The notes: generated from the letters alone by a model not told the origin. A DNA stretch of 64,000 nucleotides from Candidatus Poribacteria bacterium (GCA_965242965.1 OZ251518.1:1536001-1600000), one strand, 5' to 3'; shown: positions 1 through 9,982, counted from the stretch's first letter. Program-made: numbers and translations.

Positions 1-240
1 TTGTTCAGGGGGCACGGTGGTGCCGCTTTCATTCTTGAATTTGCCGCTCTTGTCGACGAGCAACTGTGTCGTTTGGAAGTTATCGGATGCCCAGTCGTAA
101 GCGGCTTCCTCAACTTCACCTAGTTTATTATCCGCTGCCAATACGCCGACGGTGACGTTCGCGGCATGGATTGGGAGATTCACCGCTGCCGAAAAGAGCA
201 TCGCGAGGAATAGATAGGAAAATAGCGTTGATTTTTTCAT
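1..240 (-). CDS. Secreted protein, N-terminal part (runs off window start)
   Basis: ATG at 240 preceded by an AGGAGA RBS. The frame MKKSTLFSYLFLAMLFSAAVNLPIHAANV... stays open to position 1 and begins like a signal peptide. Confidence 0.75.
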   Translation of the reverse strand, partial: MKKSTLFSYLFLAMLFSAAVNLPIHAANVTVGVLAADNKLGEVEEAAYDWASDNFQTTQLLVDKSGKFKNESGTTVPPEQ

Positions 241-274
241 GAGTTTCTCCTTTTTTTATTATTGCATTGGGATG

Positions 275-552
275 CATGGCGAGGGGAACCCTCTCGCATG
301 CGCGTGTGGCATCCGAGGGCCCTCGCTCTACGGTGAGGGGTGGCGTTTTTTATCGTAGCGCGGGGGCCTGTCCCCCGCGATCTCCATCGACAAGATGTGT
401 TTTTCCACCTCTGTAGTTCGGGAGCGCCCGCTCCCGAACAGGTCAGGATCAGGCGATCCTGAACTACGGTGCCTGGTGCGCGAGCGATGGCGAGGGACAG
501 GCCCTCGCCCTCCGATGAAGAGTATTGCATCGAGACCAGGAGGTCTCTCCTA
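275..552. repeat. Mosaic cluster of GTAG-headed REP-like hairpins
   Basis: Contains GTAGCGCGGGGGCCTGTCCCCCGCG, a GTAGTTCGGGAGC..GCTCCCGAAC doublet, GGCGAGGGACAGGCCCTCGCC and GAGACCAGGAGGTCTCTCCTAC, all recurring across the window. Confidence 0.9.
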
Positions 553-1332
553 CAACAACAGCGATTCTATCAGCCCCTCTTGCGGACTAGAGGCGTTCGC
601 GTAAAGTTTGCGCGGGATGCGGCCCGCTAAAAATGCCGCTCTGCCCGCTTCAATCGCCTTTTTCATCGCCTCTGCCATGAGCACCGGACGGTGCGCCTTC
701 GCAACCGCGGTGTTGAGTAACACGCCGTCGCATCCTAATTCCATCGCCACGGCGGCATCCGATGCGGTGCCGACCCCGGCATCCACAATGAGCGGCACCT
801 GCACGATATCGCGGATGATCTGCAGGTTATAGGGATTCCGAATCCCCATCCCTGAGCCGATCGGCGCGCCTAACGGCATCACCGCCGCACACCCGATATC
901 TTCCAACTTCTTACACGTAATCGGATCATCGTTGCAATAGGGCAACACGGTAAACCCATCTTTGACTAGCGTCACCGCCGCGCTGAGCAGCTGCTCCACA
1001 TCAGGAAACAGCGTCTGTTCATCGCCGATGACTTCCAGTTTGATGAGCGGTGTCTCCAATGCCTCGCGCGCGAGGCGCGCCGTGAGAACTGCATCCTTCG
1101 CCGTGAAACAGCCTGCTGTATTCGGCAGAATGGTGATGCCGCGTGCGCGGAGCAACGCAAACACATTCTCGCCGGACGAGTCAGTGAATTTCACGCGCCG
1201 CATTGAGACAGTGGCGATTTCGGCACCGCTGGCAACCAACGCCTCTGTCATCACGTGGAAATTCGGGTACCCGGCTGTCCCGATAAGCAGTCGGGAGTGA
1301 TAGGTTTTATCCGCGATTTTTAATTCTTGCAT
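550..1332 (-). CDS. thiG: Thiazole synthase
   Basis: Motifs [46 protein letters not shown] and LLNTAVA. Start set at MQELKIADK (ORF track starts at 1359). Confidence 0.97.
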   Translation of the reverse strand: MQELKIADKTYHSRLLIGTAGYPNFHVMTEALVASGAEIATVSMRRVKFTDSSGENVFALLRARGITILPNTAGCFTAKDAVLTARLAREALETPLIKLEVIGDEQTLFPDVEQLLSAAVTLVKDGFTVLPYCNDDPITCKKLEDIGCAAVMPLGAPIGSGMGIRNPYNLQIIRDIVQVPLIVDAGVGTASDAAVAMELGCDGVLLNTAVAKAHRPVLMAEAMKKAIEAGRAAFLAGRIPRKLYANASSPQEGLIESLLL

Positions 1333-1654
1333 CTGTTTGCTCTCGATTCGTTTTTTCATATAACACTACGCCATCGCGCTGGATCTCCGCAACCATCTCG
1401 GGGTTACGAATATTCTTGAAAATGGTGAGATCGATTTTGTAGGGTAAAGGTCCTTCGTAGAAATCATTCGCAATATGAGAAACAATCGTATGTGTGAGTG
1501 CCGCGCTCCCGTTGAGCGTCACATCGATGTCAGACCCGTTTTGATATGTGCCTTTGGCGCGTGAGCCGTATAACACCGCCTCTTCCACTTCGGGATAGCG
1601 ACTGAAGACCTTGGTGAGCTCTTGGAGCGTCCGCGTTGACAAGCCGTATTTCAT
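1307..1654 (-). CDS. Minimal nucleotidyltransferase (MNT, HI0073-like antitoxin)
   Basis: LYGSRAKG...SDIDV motif (GS-x10-DxD) in 115 aa. Overlaps the upstream HEPN gene by 4 bp. Confidence 0.9.
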   Translation of the reverse strand: MKYGLSTRTLQELTKVFSRYPEVEEAVLYGSRAKGTYQNGSDIDVTLNGSAALTHTIVSHIANDFYEGPLPYKIDLTIFKNIRNPEMVAEIQRDGVVLYEKTNREQTDARIKNRG

Positions 1655-2076
1655 AACGATTCTTCCTGTTTCAGCAGCGCGAGCCGAGTTAGCAATCCGC
1701 CGAATTCACCAAAATAGGTGTTGAGGATTTCTTCAACGACCGCGGCTGCAGTTTCTTCGTCATACGTATGCGGAATCAGATTGCGTTTGTCAATCATATC
1801 CATCCAGACTTCGTCGTTTTCAATGAGCCCCTGCTTAAAGGCTTCACGGGTTGTATCCCGCGAACCGTATAAATTTTGCACGCCCCGGGCTCCAAGGAAA
1901 TCCTTCAAGGTCTTCCATGCCAATTCGTGGGTATATTCAAACCCTTGGATTAATCCTTGCTGTTCTAGTTCAGAGAGTTGGCGTTGCGCCGCCAATTCAA
2001 CTGCGGCTTTCAATCGCGAAAAAGCCTTGCTAAAACTATTGGCTCGTTGTAGCCAGCGAGGCTCTTGGGTGTTCAT
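1651..2076 (-). CDS. HEPN-type nucleotidyltransferase substrate-binding protein (HI0074 family)
   Basis: GLIQGFEYTHELAWKTLKDFL and an R-x4-H motif (RNLIPHTY). Paired with the MNT gene. Confidence 0.9.
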   Translation of the reverse strand: MNTQEPRWLQRANSFSKAFSRLKAAVELAAQRQLSELEQQGLIQGFEYTHELAWKTLKDFLGARGVQNLYGSRDTTREAFKQGLIENDEVWMDMIDKRNLIPHTYDEETAAAVVEEILNTYFGEFGGLLTRLALLKQEESL

Positions 2077-2107
2077 ATTTTTGTGGTTGTTCCTCTGTAA
2101 GGCGAGG

Positions 2108-2320
2108 GGTAGGAGAGACCTCCTGGTCTCGATGCAAGATTCTTGCTGTCCCCTGCCCTACGAGTTATTTGGCGATCGGTGCATGGCGAGGGACAGGCCC
2201 TCGCCCTACGAGTTGTTACGAGTTGTTTGGTGATCGGTGCATGGCGAGGGACAGGCCCGCGCCCTACGATATCGGGCATTTGGTGATCGGTGCATGGCGA
2301 GGGACAGGCCCTCGCCCTAC
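2108..2320. repeat. Tandem REP-like units (3x GATCGGTGCATGGCGAGGGACAGGCCC(T/G)CGCCCTACGA) plus a GTAGGAGAGACC hairpin
   Basis: Three direct copies about 51-59 bp apart. Confidence 0.9.
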
Positions 2321-2336
2321 GATATTCGGGGAGAGG

Positions 2337-2543
2337 CTATCCACCCTGAACAGCGCGGATAATTTCTACCTCGCTGTTTTCGTCAATCTTCTTCTGATGC
2401 CACGCCGCTTGCGGGACGACTTCCCGATTCACCGCGACAGCGATGCCCGGTTGCTTCGGCTCAAGCCCTATTTCAAGCAGCAGTTCGTAGAGGGTTAACT
2501 CGGCATTGACATTCTTGTCTTCGCCGTTAATGCGTATTTTCAT
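2337..2543 (-). CDS. thiS: Sulfur carrier protein ThiS
   Basis: MKIRINGE...IAVAVNREVVP...VEIIRAVQGG, 68 aa with C-terminal GG. The ORF-track extension to 2639 is repeat-derived. Confidence 0.95.
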   Translation of the reverse strand: MKIRINGEDKNVNAELTLYELLLEIGLEPKQPGIAVAVNREVVPQAAWHQKKIDENSEVEIIRAVQGG

Positions 2544-2568
2544 TGTTATGGGCTGCGTTCCATTTCCT

Positions 2569-2762
2569 CGTAGGGCGAGGGCCTGTCCCTCGCCATGCAA
2601 CGATCGCGGGGGAAACCCGCTCGGATGCGCGTATGGCATCCGAGGGCCCCCGCGCTACGGTGAAAGAGAACCGTCCGCGGACCCCGTAGGGCGAGGGACA
2701 GGCCCTCGCCATGCAACGATCGCCAAACGACTCGTAGGGCGAGGGCCTGTCCCTCGCGATCC
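2569..2762. repeat. REP-like mosaic cluster
   Basis: Several GTAGGGCGAGGG(CCTGT/ACAGG)CCCTCGC units and one loop-extended unit. Confidence 0.9.
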
Positions 2763-3962
2763 CTAGACGGTTAAAAAACGTTCAATTTGAAAAGGCGCGA
2801 TTGTCGGCGACAGTTCGCCTGTTAAAATCAGTTTCGCTATTTCATAGGCGGTGACAGGCGTGAGCAGGATGCCGTTCCGATAATGTCCCGTCGCCACGAT
2901 GAGATTGTCGATCGGCGTGTGCCCGAGGATGGGGGCATTGTCTCGGCTTCCTGGCCGTAAACCTGTCCACGTCTCCAAAATCGGCAGTTCGTAAACGCCC
3001 GGGACTGCCTCCCATGCGCCGCGGAGAAGCTCAAACATGCCGCCCGCCGTCAGGCGAGTATCAAACCCCATTTCCTCACTTGTCGCGCCAATGATGAGTC
3101 TGCCATCGGTTCGCGGCACGAGATATACCGACATCGGATACCGTGCCCGCACCGTGCGGATAACCGTTTCAACAGCGATGCCTGCCTCCATCTGGAGTGC
3201 CAACATCTGTCCTTTAACCGGACGCACCGGCGGACGGATGGCATCGGGAATGCCCGCAATTTGTGAAGACCAGGGCCCCGCCGCGAGGACTATCACGTCA
3301 GCCGTGTGCAATTGAGTATTGCATCGAGACCGGGAAGTTTCTCCGGCGGTGTTGCATCGAGACCGGGAGGTCTCTCCTACTGATACTCCGATTGCGGCAC
3401 CGTTTTTCACCTCAATTCGTTCCACGCAACTATTTTCATGCAACACGCCGCCGCGTGCCTGATAAGCACGCTGCAAGGCGGTAACCATGCGGCGGTTGTC
3501 CACCTGATGGTCTGCTGCACAATGGATTGCTGCCGTGACGCGCGGTGAGAGCGCGGGTTCAATCTCACGCGCCTCTCTTCCGGTGAGCCATTCAGCGTCC
3601 AATCCCAACTGCTGTTGCGAATCATATAAATGGCGGAGTTGATGCGTATCGTCAGGCTCCAATCCGACGATGAGCGTGCCTTCGGCGCGATAGCCGATGG
3701 ACATGGCTGCATCTGCTTCCAATTCCTTCACCCACTGCGGATAGCGTGCCAAACTGTGGCAGCCTAACTTCAAGAGTTCCGGCTCTTCGGTGTGTGCTTC
3801 GGCGAGTGGCGCGAGCATTCCGGCGGCAGCCCAAGAGGCAGCGCGCCCTGCACGTTCGCGTTCATAAAGCGTGACAGAAGCACCTGCCTTCGCCAGCTGC
3901 CACCCGATGCCGAGTCCGATTACGCCGCCACCGATGATAATAACGTTTCTGTTTTCCGCCAT
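2763..3962 (-). CDS. thiO: Glycine oxidase
   Basis: GGGVIG FAD motif, ASWAAAGML, PVKGQM, WTGLRP and GHYRNGILL, in thi operon context. Start at MAENRNV. Confidence 0.95.
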   Translation of the reverse strand: MAENRNVIIIGGGVIGLGIGWQLAKAGASVTLYERERAGRAASWAAAGMLAPLAEAHTEEPELLKLGCHSLARYPQWVKELEADAAMSIGYRAEGTLIVGLEPDDTHQLRHLYDSQQQLGLDAEWLTGREAREIEPALSPRVTAAIHCAADHQVDNRRMVTALQRAYQARGGVLHENSCVERIEVKNGAAIGVSVGETSRSRCNTAGETSRSRCNTQLHTADVIVLAAGPWSSQIAGIPDAIRPPVRPVKGQMLALQMEAGIAVETVIRTVRARYPMSVYLVPRTDGRLIIGATSEEMGFDTRLTAGGMFELLRGAWEAVPGVYELPILETWTGLRPGSRDNAPILGHTPIDNLIVATGHYRNGILLTPVTAYEIAKLILTGELSPTIAPFQIERFLTV

Positions 3963-4017
3963 AGATTTGTCCGGTCCGCGCGTCCTCTTCAGGGTGTAAG
4001 GACAGCTATCTATATCT

Positions 4018-4286
4018 GAGGGTGTTTCATAACTCAAGAAACCGTCCGGTTACCGTAGCGCGGGGGCCTGTCCCCCGCGAGCGTCCCCTAGTCCACCTCT
4101 GTAGTTCGGGATCGCCTGATCCCGAACGGGTCAGGATCAGGCGATCCTGACCTACAGGGGTGACGCGGTCTGACAGCCGAACGCGTGGCGAGGGACAGGC
4201 CCTCGCCCTACGTGAAGGGGCGGCGTTTTCTTCACCGGCGCGCGGGGACTGGCACCGCGACGTGGAGCGAGTTATGAAACACCCTC
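4018..4286. mobile_element. MITE-like element (TIR GAGGGTGTTTCATAA) with REP cargo; TSD imperfect
   Basis: Left end GAGGGTGTTTCATAACTC, right end GAGTTATGAAACACCCTC. Confidence 0.8.
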
Positions 4287-4302
4287 ATCTATAAGTTAGA
4301 AC

Positions 4303-5289
4303 TTACTCCTCCAATAGGTTAATAAAAAGTGCCTCTGTCGCCACCGTTTTGGAAATCAACCCTTTTTCATGGGCGAACTTCACGAACGCCGCCCACTTCT
4401 CAGCGGATTGCACCTGCGTTGTGGCGAATACCTCCAACGTATCCCGAAAAGCGAGTTCATCTAACTCCTTGCGGACATCCGGATTCGCCTTGAAATAGAG
4501 TGCCAGTGCCTCGTCCGGGTTCGCTTTAGTGAATTGAATCGCCTCGCGAATCGCCAGCATCAGTTTTTTGGCAGTCATCGGATTCTCCTTCAAAAACGCG
4601 TCGTTGGAGATGATGACGAGTTCGTAATAGTCGGGGATGCCGTGTTCTTCCAGCGGGAAATAATCTGCCGCCGCACCCTCCAATTTCAGTTCGTTAATCT
4701 CGTAATTCCGAAACGGCCCGATAACAGCATCGATTTTGCCTGTCATCAGGGAGGACGAGATATTCGTGCTGACGTTTATCAACTCGTAATCGTCTTCCGC
4801 TAATCCTGCCGCCGCGGCGATAGCATTAAAGAGGAGGACATCCAGCGGTGCGACGGTGTAGCCGATCTTCTTCCCTTTGAAATCTGCAGGCGTTTTAATG
4901 CCGGATTTCTTAAGGAAACTGATGGTGTTAAGCGGCTTTTCTACGAGCAGCCCGATTGCCTTGACAGGCAAGTCCGCCGCACGCGCGATTGTCACACCGT
5001 GTTGGTAATCAATAGCGAACGGGTATTTCCCGGCGGCTACGAGTTTAATCGGCGCGCTCGGGTCGCCGCCCCAGTGGAGTTCCACCTCCAACCCGTGCTT
5101 GGCGAACAGTTTGTTCTCCTGGGCGACGTAGAGTGGGACGTGGTCTGCATTCGGAAACCACTCCAGCAACAGCGTCACTTTCTCTAGTTCACCTTCCGGA
5201 TGGCCATCCGCGTGGATATCAAATTGTCCTATCAATAGGATACCACAACTGATGGCAAAAATCAAACAAATTATAGTTTTCATGAGCAT
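4303..5289 (-). CDS. thiY: ABC substrate-binding protein, NMT1/THI5 (ThiY-like)
   Basis: LEWFPNADHVPLYVA and GIPDYYELV motifs with a signal peptide, in the TPP-regulated operon. Confidence 0.85.
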   Translation of the reverse strand: MLMKTIICLIFAISCGILLIGQFDIHADGHPEGELEKVTLLLEWFPNADHVPLYVAQENKLFAKHGLEVELHWGGDPSAPIKLVAAGKYPFAIDYQHGVTIARAADLPVKAIGLLVEKPLNTISFLKKSGIKTPADFKGKKIGYTVAPLDVLLFNAIAAAAGLAEDDYELINVSTNISSSLMTGKIDAVIGPFRNYEINELKLEGAAADYFPLEEHGIPDYYELVIISNDAFLKENPMTAKKLMLAIREAIQFTKANPDEALALYFKANPDVRKELDELAFRDTLEVFATTQVQSAEKWAAFVKFAHEKGLISKTVATEALFINLLEE

Positions 5290-5349
5290 TCTCCTATTTT
5301 CTTACTCTTATCGTTTGTGTGACTGTGTTTGGACTTGTCCTTTCACAGT

Positions 5350-5436
5350 CCGTAGCGCGAGGGCCTGTCCCTCGCGACCGTTGTTTACTAACTTACCTTT
5401 TCACAGTCCGTAGCGCGAGGGCCTGTCCCTCGCGCC
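5350..5436. repeat. Tandem pair of REP-like units
   Basis: 2x TTTCACAGTCCGTAGCGCGAGGGCCTGTCCCTCGCG...TGTTTACTAACTT. Confidence 0.85.
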
Positions 5437-5473
5437 CCTTGTTTACTAACTTGCCGTGTTTCAACATCCGCGC

Positions 5474-6259
5474 TTATTCTCGCGTTCGGGATTGTCGGGA
5501 TGACGCGCGTCGCCACGGCATGGCGTATGCCTCTATCAGCGTCATCAACCCGAAAAGGCCCACGCCTAAAAACGTTAGACAAAAAATTGCGGCAAAAACC
5601 AGTGAGACTTGGAGTCTCCCGTTGGCATACAACATGAGGTATCCCAAGCCCGCGCTCGCGCCTGCCCATTCGCCGATGACGGCACCGATAGTTGAGACAG
5701 AGATGCCGATTTTCGCACCAGTGAAGATAGAGGGAAGTGCCGAGGGCACATGCACCTTCCACAGAATCTGCCATCGACTCGCTTGCAAAATCCGGAAGAG
5801 GTTCACCGTATCCGGGTCTGACGATTTTAATCCGTCCAACGTATTCAGCACCATCGCGAAGAATACGATGAGCGCAGCCATGATAACTTTCGGCGCAATC
5901 CCGTAGCCGAACCACAGCACCAATAACGGGGCAATCGCGAACACCGGCACCGCCTGTGAACCGATGACATAGGGGTAGAACGCCTTCTCTAGCACCGGGA
6001 ATTCAAACATCAGCACCGCTAGCGGGATACCGACACCCGTGGCGAGGGCAAAGCCGAGCAACATTTCTTGAAGCGTCACCAGCGTATGTTTCAGCAACAA
6101 TGCCCGTTTCTCAAAGAGCGTCACGACGATGTCCGAGGGCGCGGGTAAGATGTAGTGCGGTGTGTTGAAAATATGCACCCATGCCTCCCACGCCCCGAGG
6201 ATGCCGAAAAGGATTGCCCACGGCAACACCGTGGTGACGCGCCTCGCGAACCTTCCCAT
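5474..6259 (-). CDS. thiX: ABC permease (ThiX/SsuC-like)
   Basis: LPAPS, PVFAIAPL, an EAA-like loop and GAVIGEW...GLGY. Alternative GTG start at 6274. Confidence 0.85.
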   Translation of the reverse strand: MGRFARRVTTVLPWAILFGILGAWEAWVHIFNTPHYILPAPSDIVVTLFEKRALLLKHTLVTLQEMLLGFALATGVGIPLAVLMFEFPVLEKAFYPYVIGSQAVPVFAIAPLLVLWFGYGIAPKVIMAALIVFFAMVLNTLDGLKSSDPDTVNLFRILQASRWQILWKVHVPSALPSIFTGAKIGISVSTIGAVIGEWAGASAGLGYLMLYANGRLQVSLVFAAIFCLTFLGVGLFGLMTLIEAYAMPWRRASSRQSRTRE

Positions 6260-6276
6260 AATTGCCCATCCCACAG

Positions 6277-6320
6277 AAAAAGCCGCCTCCTGTTTCTACC
6301 TGCGAGGAAAAGGAGACGGC
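6277..6320 (-). terminator. Hairpin plus U-tract (probable riboswitch expression platform, also pairs an AGGAGG)
   Basis: Minus strand GCCGTCTCCT...AGGAGGCGGC-TTTTT, between the aptamer and thiX. Confidence 0.6.
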
Positions 6321-6461
6321 GTGAGATGTGCAATAAGGGATGCCATGGCAGTGGGAGATACCTCCCGGTTTCAATGCCTTCCCATATTGCTGCAAATCAG
6401 TTTTCTGTCGTTCGCAATGCGTTGTTCAGTAACTGCAAGGATAACGCTTGCGCTGTCCAGA

Positions 6462-6550
6462 AATTTCCCTACGCTGGCATAACCCAGATCAGGTTCAAAG
6501 GGTGTTTTCTCAGCTCTTTGTAGGCGTGAACCTAAATTGAGCACCCCATA
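6462..6550 (-). ncRNA. TPP riboswitch
   Basis: Minus strand GGGGTGCTC...GAGCTGAGAAAACACCCTTTGAACCTGATCTGGGTTATGCCAGCGTAGGGAA matches the THI-box consensus and lies upstream of thi genes. Confidence 0.96.
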
Positions 6551-6564
6551 ATGTCATTGAAAAA

Positions 6565-6594
6565 ATTATATCATAATTTCCAAAATAGTTGCAA
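6565..6594 (-). promoter_or_regulatory. Sigma70-like promoter of the thi operon
   Basis: TTGCAA-18 bp-TATAAT directly upstream of the aptamer. Confidence 0.6.
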
Positions 6595-6627
6595 CAAATT
6601 TTTTTACGGTAGAAACCGCCGTGATAC

Positions 6628-6868
6628 CGTAGCGCGGGGGCCTGTCCCCCGCGATGCCCCAGTTTCATCCGAGCATGGCGAGGGACAGGCCCTCGCCCTA
6701 CGGTATAAATAACCGTCTACGGTGGAAACCGCCGCGATACCGTAGCGCGGGGGCCTGTCCCCCGCGATGCCCCGGCTTATCCAAGTCTGGCGATGGACAG
6801 GCCCTCGCCCTACGGTGGAAATAACAAACCGCCCCGATACCGTAGCGCGGGGGCCTGTCCCCCGCGAT
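6628..6868. repeat. Alternating REP-like units (BIME-like)
   Basis: 3x CCGTAGCGCGGGGGCCTGTCCCCCGCGATGCC alternating with 2 inverted GGCGA(G/T)GGACAGGCCCTCGCCCTAC. Confidence 0.9.
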
Positions 6869-6879
6869 GCCTCTAATCT

Positions 6880-7980
6880 TTATTCAATCGACACCGCCTG
6901 TGCCGGAATTTCCACACCCTGCTCGTTCCAAAATTTATAGGCACCGGAATGGAGCGGCGTGACGAACGCTTTTGGTGCGTTTTCTACCGTCATATCCGCA
7001 GCGGCACCTTGCGTCGCTGTCATAATCGCTTGCATTCCTTCCGCTGCGTAAACGTTCGTGAGGAAATTATAGACGATTTCCGCTGACACATCTTTGTGCG
7101 CGATGAGGAGCGTCGGCATCAGAATCGTATTGACAGCTTCCTCCGGTTGCGGCCGAGTGATACTCGTGAGTGCATCGGCATCTGGTGTCGCCTCGCCGCC
7201 GTATGCGCCTGCAGGAATTGTCCCAGAGAGGTAGAACGGATACTGTTCATAGAAACCTGAGGCTTGAGCAGGCGCGTCCAAATCCAGCATTCTGATGGGC
7301 GTATTCGCTGCAAGTTCACGAATCGCATCGTTTGGAATCCCGACGAGCCAGAGGAACGCGTCTGCTTCGCCACTTTGGAGAGCCATCGCGCCCTCTGTGC
7401 CACCTTTGTAAACCGGCGTAATCTGTCCCCAGATGCCCGCCGCTGTCGCGAGACGTTCCAGTGTTTGTGCCGTGCCGGAACCGAGTCCGCCAGTCGCCAC
7501 ATTTTTACCCGCCAGATCTGCGAATTCCTGAATTTCGCTAACTTCGGTAACTACCAATTGCGCGTACGCGATATAGAGCAGCGTTACGACGCGGACATTC
7601 GTTTTCGCGCCTTCTTCGGCGAAAATTTCCGTGCCGTTGTAACCTAAATATGTCTCGGCGGCGAACGCAAGCCCGAAGGAATTCGGGTTGTCATGGACGC
7701 GGCGCGTGTTTTCGACAGAGCCAGGTGAAGGTTCAGTAACGACTTCCCGGCTCGGCTCCTGTTGCGTCAAAATTCCTGCAATCGCGTTGGCGAACGGTTC
7801 AAAACTGCCGCCCGGAGTCCCCGCCGCAATTGTCAAACGAGGCGCGGTTTCTTCTGACGTTACTGATGTGGTCGGCAGCAGTTCCTTCTGAACCCTATCG
7901 CATCCACTGACGGCGAGAATGAACGCCAACATAATAATAGCGAGGGCTTGCGCGGAGCAACGCCCTAAGTTCATCTGCAT
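6880..7980 (-). CDS. TAXI-family TRAP solute-binding lipoprotein
   Basis: Lipobox VSGC, GTPGGSF, SPGSVEN, GGLGSGT and PLHSGAYKFW. The upstream ORF extension is MITE-derived. Confidence 0.9.
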   Translation of the reverse strand: MQMNLGRCSAQALAIIMLAFILAVSGCDRVQKELLPTTSVTSEETAPRLTIAAGTPGGSFEPFANAIAGILTQQEPSREVVTEPSPGSVENTRRVHDNPNSFGLAFAAETYLGYNGTEIFAEEGAKTNVRVVTLLYIAYAQLVVTEVSEIQEFADLAGKNVATGGLGSGTAQTLERLATAAGIWGQITPVYKGGTEGAMALQSGEADAFLWLVGIPNDAIRELAANTPIRMLDLDAPAQASGFYEQYPFYLSGTIPAGAYGGEATPDADALTSITRPQPEEAVNTILMPTLLIAHKDVSAEIVYNFLTNVYAAEGMQAIMTATQGAAADMTVENAPKAFVTPLHSGAYKFWNEQGVEIPAQAVSIE

Positions 7981-8030
7981 TTTAGCATTCCTTTCGTGTT
8001 TTTTACGTAGGATAAACGCACCACTAATTT

Positions 8031-8293
8031 GAAGGTGTTTCATAAATCGCTTAGCGGGGCGGGGACAGGCCCCGCGCTTCGGTGAAAAAAACGCCTTCCC
8101 TTCAAGTAGGGCGAGGGACAGGCCCTCGCCATGCGTTTGGCTGTCAGACCGCATCACCTTTGTAGGTCAGGATCGCCTGATCCTGACCCGTTCGGGATCG
8201 GGCGATCCCGAACTACAGAGGGGGCAGATACCTGCCGGTAGTCGCCCGCCTCCATGGGCGATAACTACCGAAACGGATTTATGAAACACCCTC
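8031..8293. mobile_element. MITE-like element with perfect 8-bp TSD ACTAATTT
   Basis: TIRs GAAGGTGTTTCATAAAT / ATTTATGAAACACCCTC. ACTAATTT at 8023-8030 and 8294-8301. Confidence 0.88.
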
Positions 8294-8304
8294 ACTAATT
8301 TGCG

Positions 8305-9333
8305 TTAATCCTTTGGTTTAGCATGTTCGGGAATTTCCACTCCCTGCTCACTCCAAAACCGATAGGCACCGGCATGTAGCGGAATGAGAAACGCTTTTGG
8401 GCCGTTTTCTACCGTCATATCTGCAGCCGCCTGATTGAGCTGGAGCATCGCCTGATGTCCCGCCGGCGCATACACATGCTTGAGGAGCGCGTAGATAGTT
8501 TCTTCCGATACATCTTTATGCGCTATCAGCACCGTCGGCATCAAAATCGTCTTCACCGATTCAACTTTTCCTTCGTAGGCTCCCTCCGGCAATGCCCCCG
8601 ATAGATAAAACGGATACTTTTCATAGAATCCGTATTTTTTGGCGGGTGTGTCCAGATCGAGCATCCGAACGGATTTAATGGTTGTCAGTTGAATGATGGC
8701 GTTATTCGGGACGCTGACGAGCCACTGGAAGGCGGCAACTTGGCCATCTTGGAGTGCCTCGGCGGCGGCGGTGCCGCCCTTGTAAATCGGCGTGAACTCC
8801 CCCCAGATACCTGCTGTCCGCGCGAGCCGTTCTAACGTCTGTGCTGTGCCGGAACCGCTGGGACCGCTCGCAACCTTTTTGCCGACAATGTCCTCAAATT
8901 GATGCACATCGCTATTCGCGAGCGTGGAGAGCTGATCATAGGCCATAAAGAGCAGTGTCACCATCCGGATGTTGGTTTTCGGTCCCTCTTCGGCGAAAAT
9001 CTCTTGGCCGTGATAACCTAGATAACTTTCAGAGGCGAAGACAACGCCGAGTGTTTCGGCATCGCCATTGACGCGGCGCGTATTTTCAACGGAACCCGCG
9101 GATGCCTCCACCGATATTTTGAGGTGCGGTTCATGTTGTGCAACGACGCGGCTAATGCCGCCTGCAAACTGCGAGAAACTGCCGCCGATGGAACCGCCCA
9201 TGATGGATAGCCATTCCGTTTTGCGCGTCTCGGAACTTTCTTTTGGGGTATTTTTCTTATCTCCACATCCGCAGAACGCGCTGAGTCCTATTAGGACGAG
9301 AAATATCCACAAAGCGTGAGGCTTTTTTGGCAT
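8305..9333 (-). CDS. TAXI-family TRAP solute-binding lipoprotein (paralogue)
   Basis: FCGC lipobox, GGSIGGSF, SAGSVEN, GPSGSGT and PLHAGAYRFW. Confidence 0.9.
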   Translation of the reverse strand: MPKKPHALWIFLVLIGLSAFCGCGDKKNTPKESSETRKTEWLSIMGGSIGGSFSQFAGGISRVVAQHEPHLKISVEASAGSVENTRRVNGDAETLGVVFASESYLGYHGQEIFAEEGPKTNIRMVTLLFMAYDQLSTLANSDVHQFEDIVGKKVASGPSGSGTAQTLERLARTAGIWGEFTPIYKGGTAAAEALQDGQVAAFQWLVSVPNNAIIQLTTIKSVRMLDLDTPAKKYGFYEKYPFYLSGALPEGAYEGKVESVKTILMPTVLIAHKDVSEETIYALLKHVYAPAGHQAMLQLNQAAADMTVENGPKAFLIPLHAGAYRFWSEQGVEIPEHAKPKD

Positions 9334-9363
9334 AATTGCTCCTTCCGAATGAGTTATGCAGTA

Positions 9364-9392
9364 ATTATACCACGAAAGAAGCGCGATTGCAA
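9364..9392 (-). promoter_or_regulatory. Sigma70-like promoter
   Basis: TTGCAA-17 bp-TATAAT with an extended -10 TG. Confidence 0.65.
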
Positions 9393-9496
9393 ATAAAATT
9401 AATTTAGCAATTTGGGTTTTTTGTCAACGTTTTTTAGAGATATTTAGTTTTCGGTTTTGCTATCAATGTTGAAAATGGATAACGGTTCTCCTTTTT

Positions 9497-9974
9497 GTAG
9501 TGCAGGATCGCCTGATCCTGCCCGGTTTGAGATCAGGCGATCTCAAACTACAGAGATGGGAGGACTGATACCCGTTTGAGATCCGGCGATCTCAAACTAC
9601 AGAGGTGGCGAGGGACAGGCCCTCGCCCTACGGTGAAGCGGAGGCGGCCTTGACAACCGTAGCGCGGGGGCCTGTCCCCCGCGATGCCGCTAGTTGTCTG
9701 AATCAGGATTTACAAGATTATAGGATTTGCCGGATTATCTTCTTTGAGTTCTACGATAACGGAAACGCCTCGGGCACGGCGAGTGACAGGTCCAGGCGAT
9801 TCCGTTCTCCTATTCTATAGTTCGGGAGCACCCGCTCCCGAACGGGTCAAGAGAAGACACGCCTGCCCGAGAGAATAAGCCCACCGCTGTAGTTTGTGCG
9901 TGGTTGAAGGTCTGGCAGCATCAAGACAAGGAGGTCTCTCCTACAGGGAAGACATTGAGTTATGAAACACCCTC
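9497..9974. repeat. REP-like mosaic ending in a single right TIR
   Basis: Several GTAG hairpins and TATGAAACACCCTC at 9961-9974. No left TIR seen. Confidence 0.85.
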
Positions 9975-9982
9975 ATTTTAAT

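Noticed and set aside
6111-6395. 94-aa ORF as the missing thiZ ATPase or a leader peptide
   Set aside because: It has no Walker motifs and overlaps the riboswitch expression platform and thiX.
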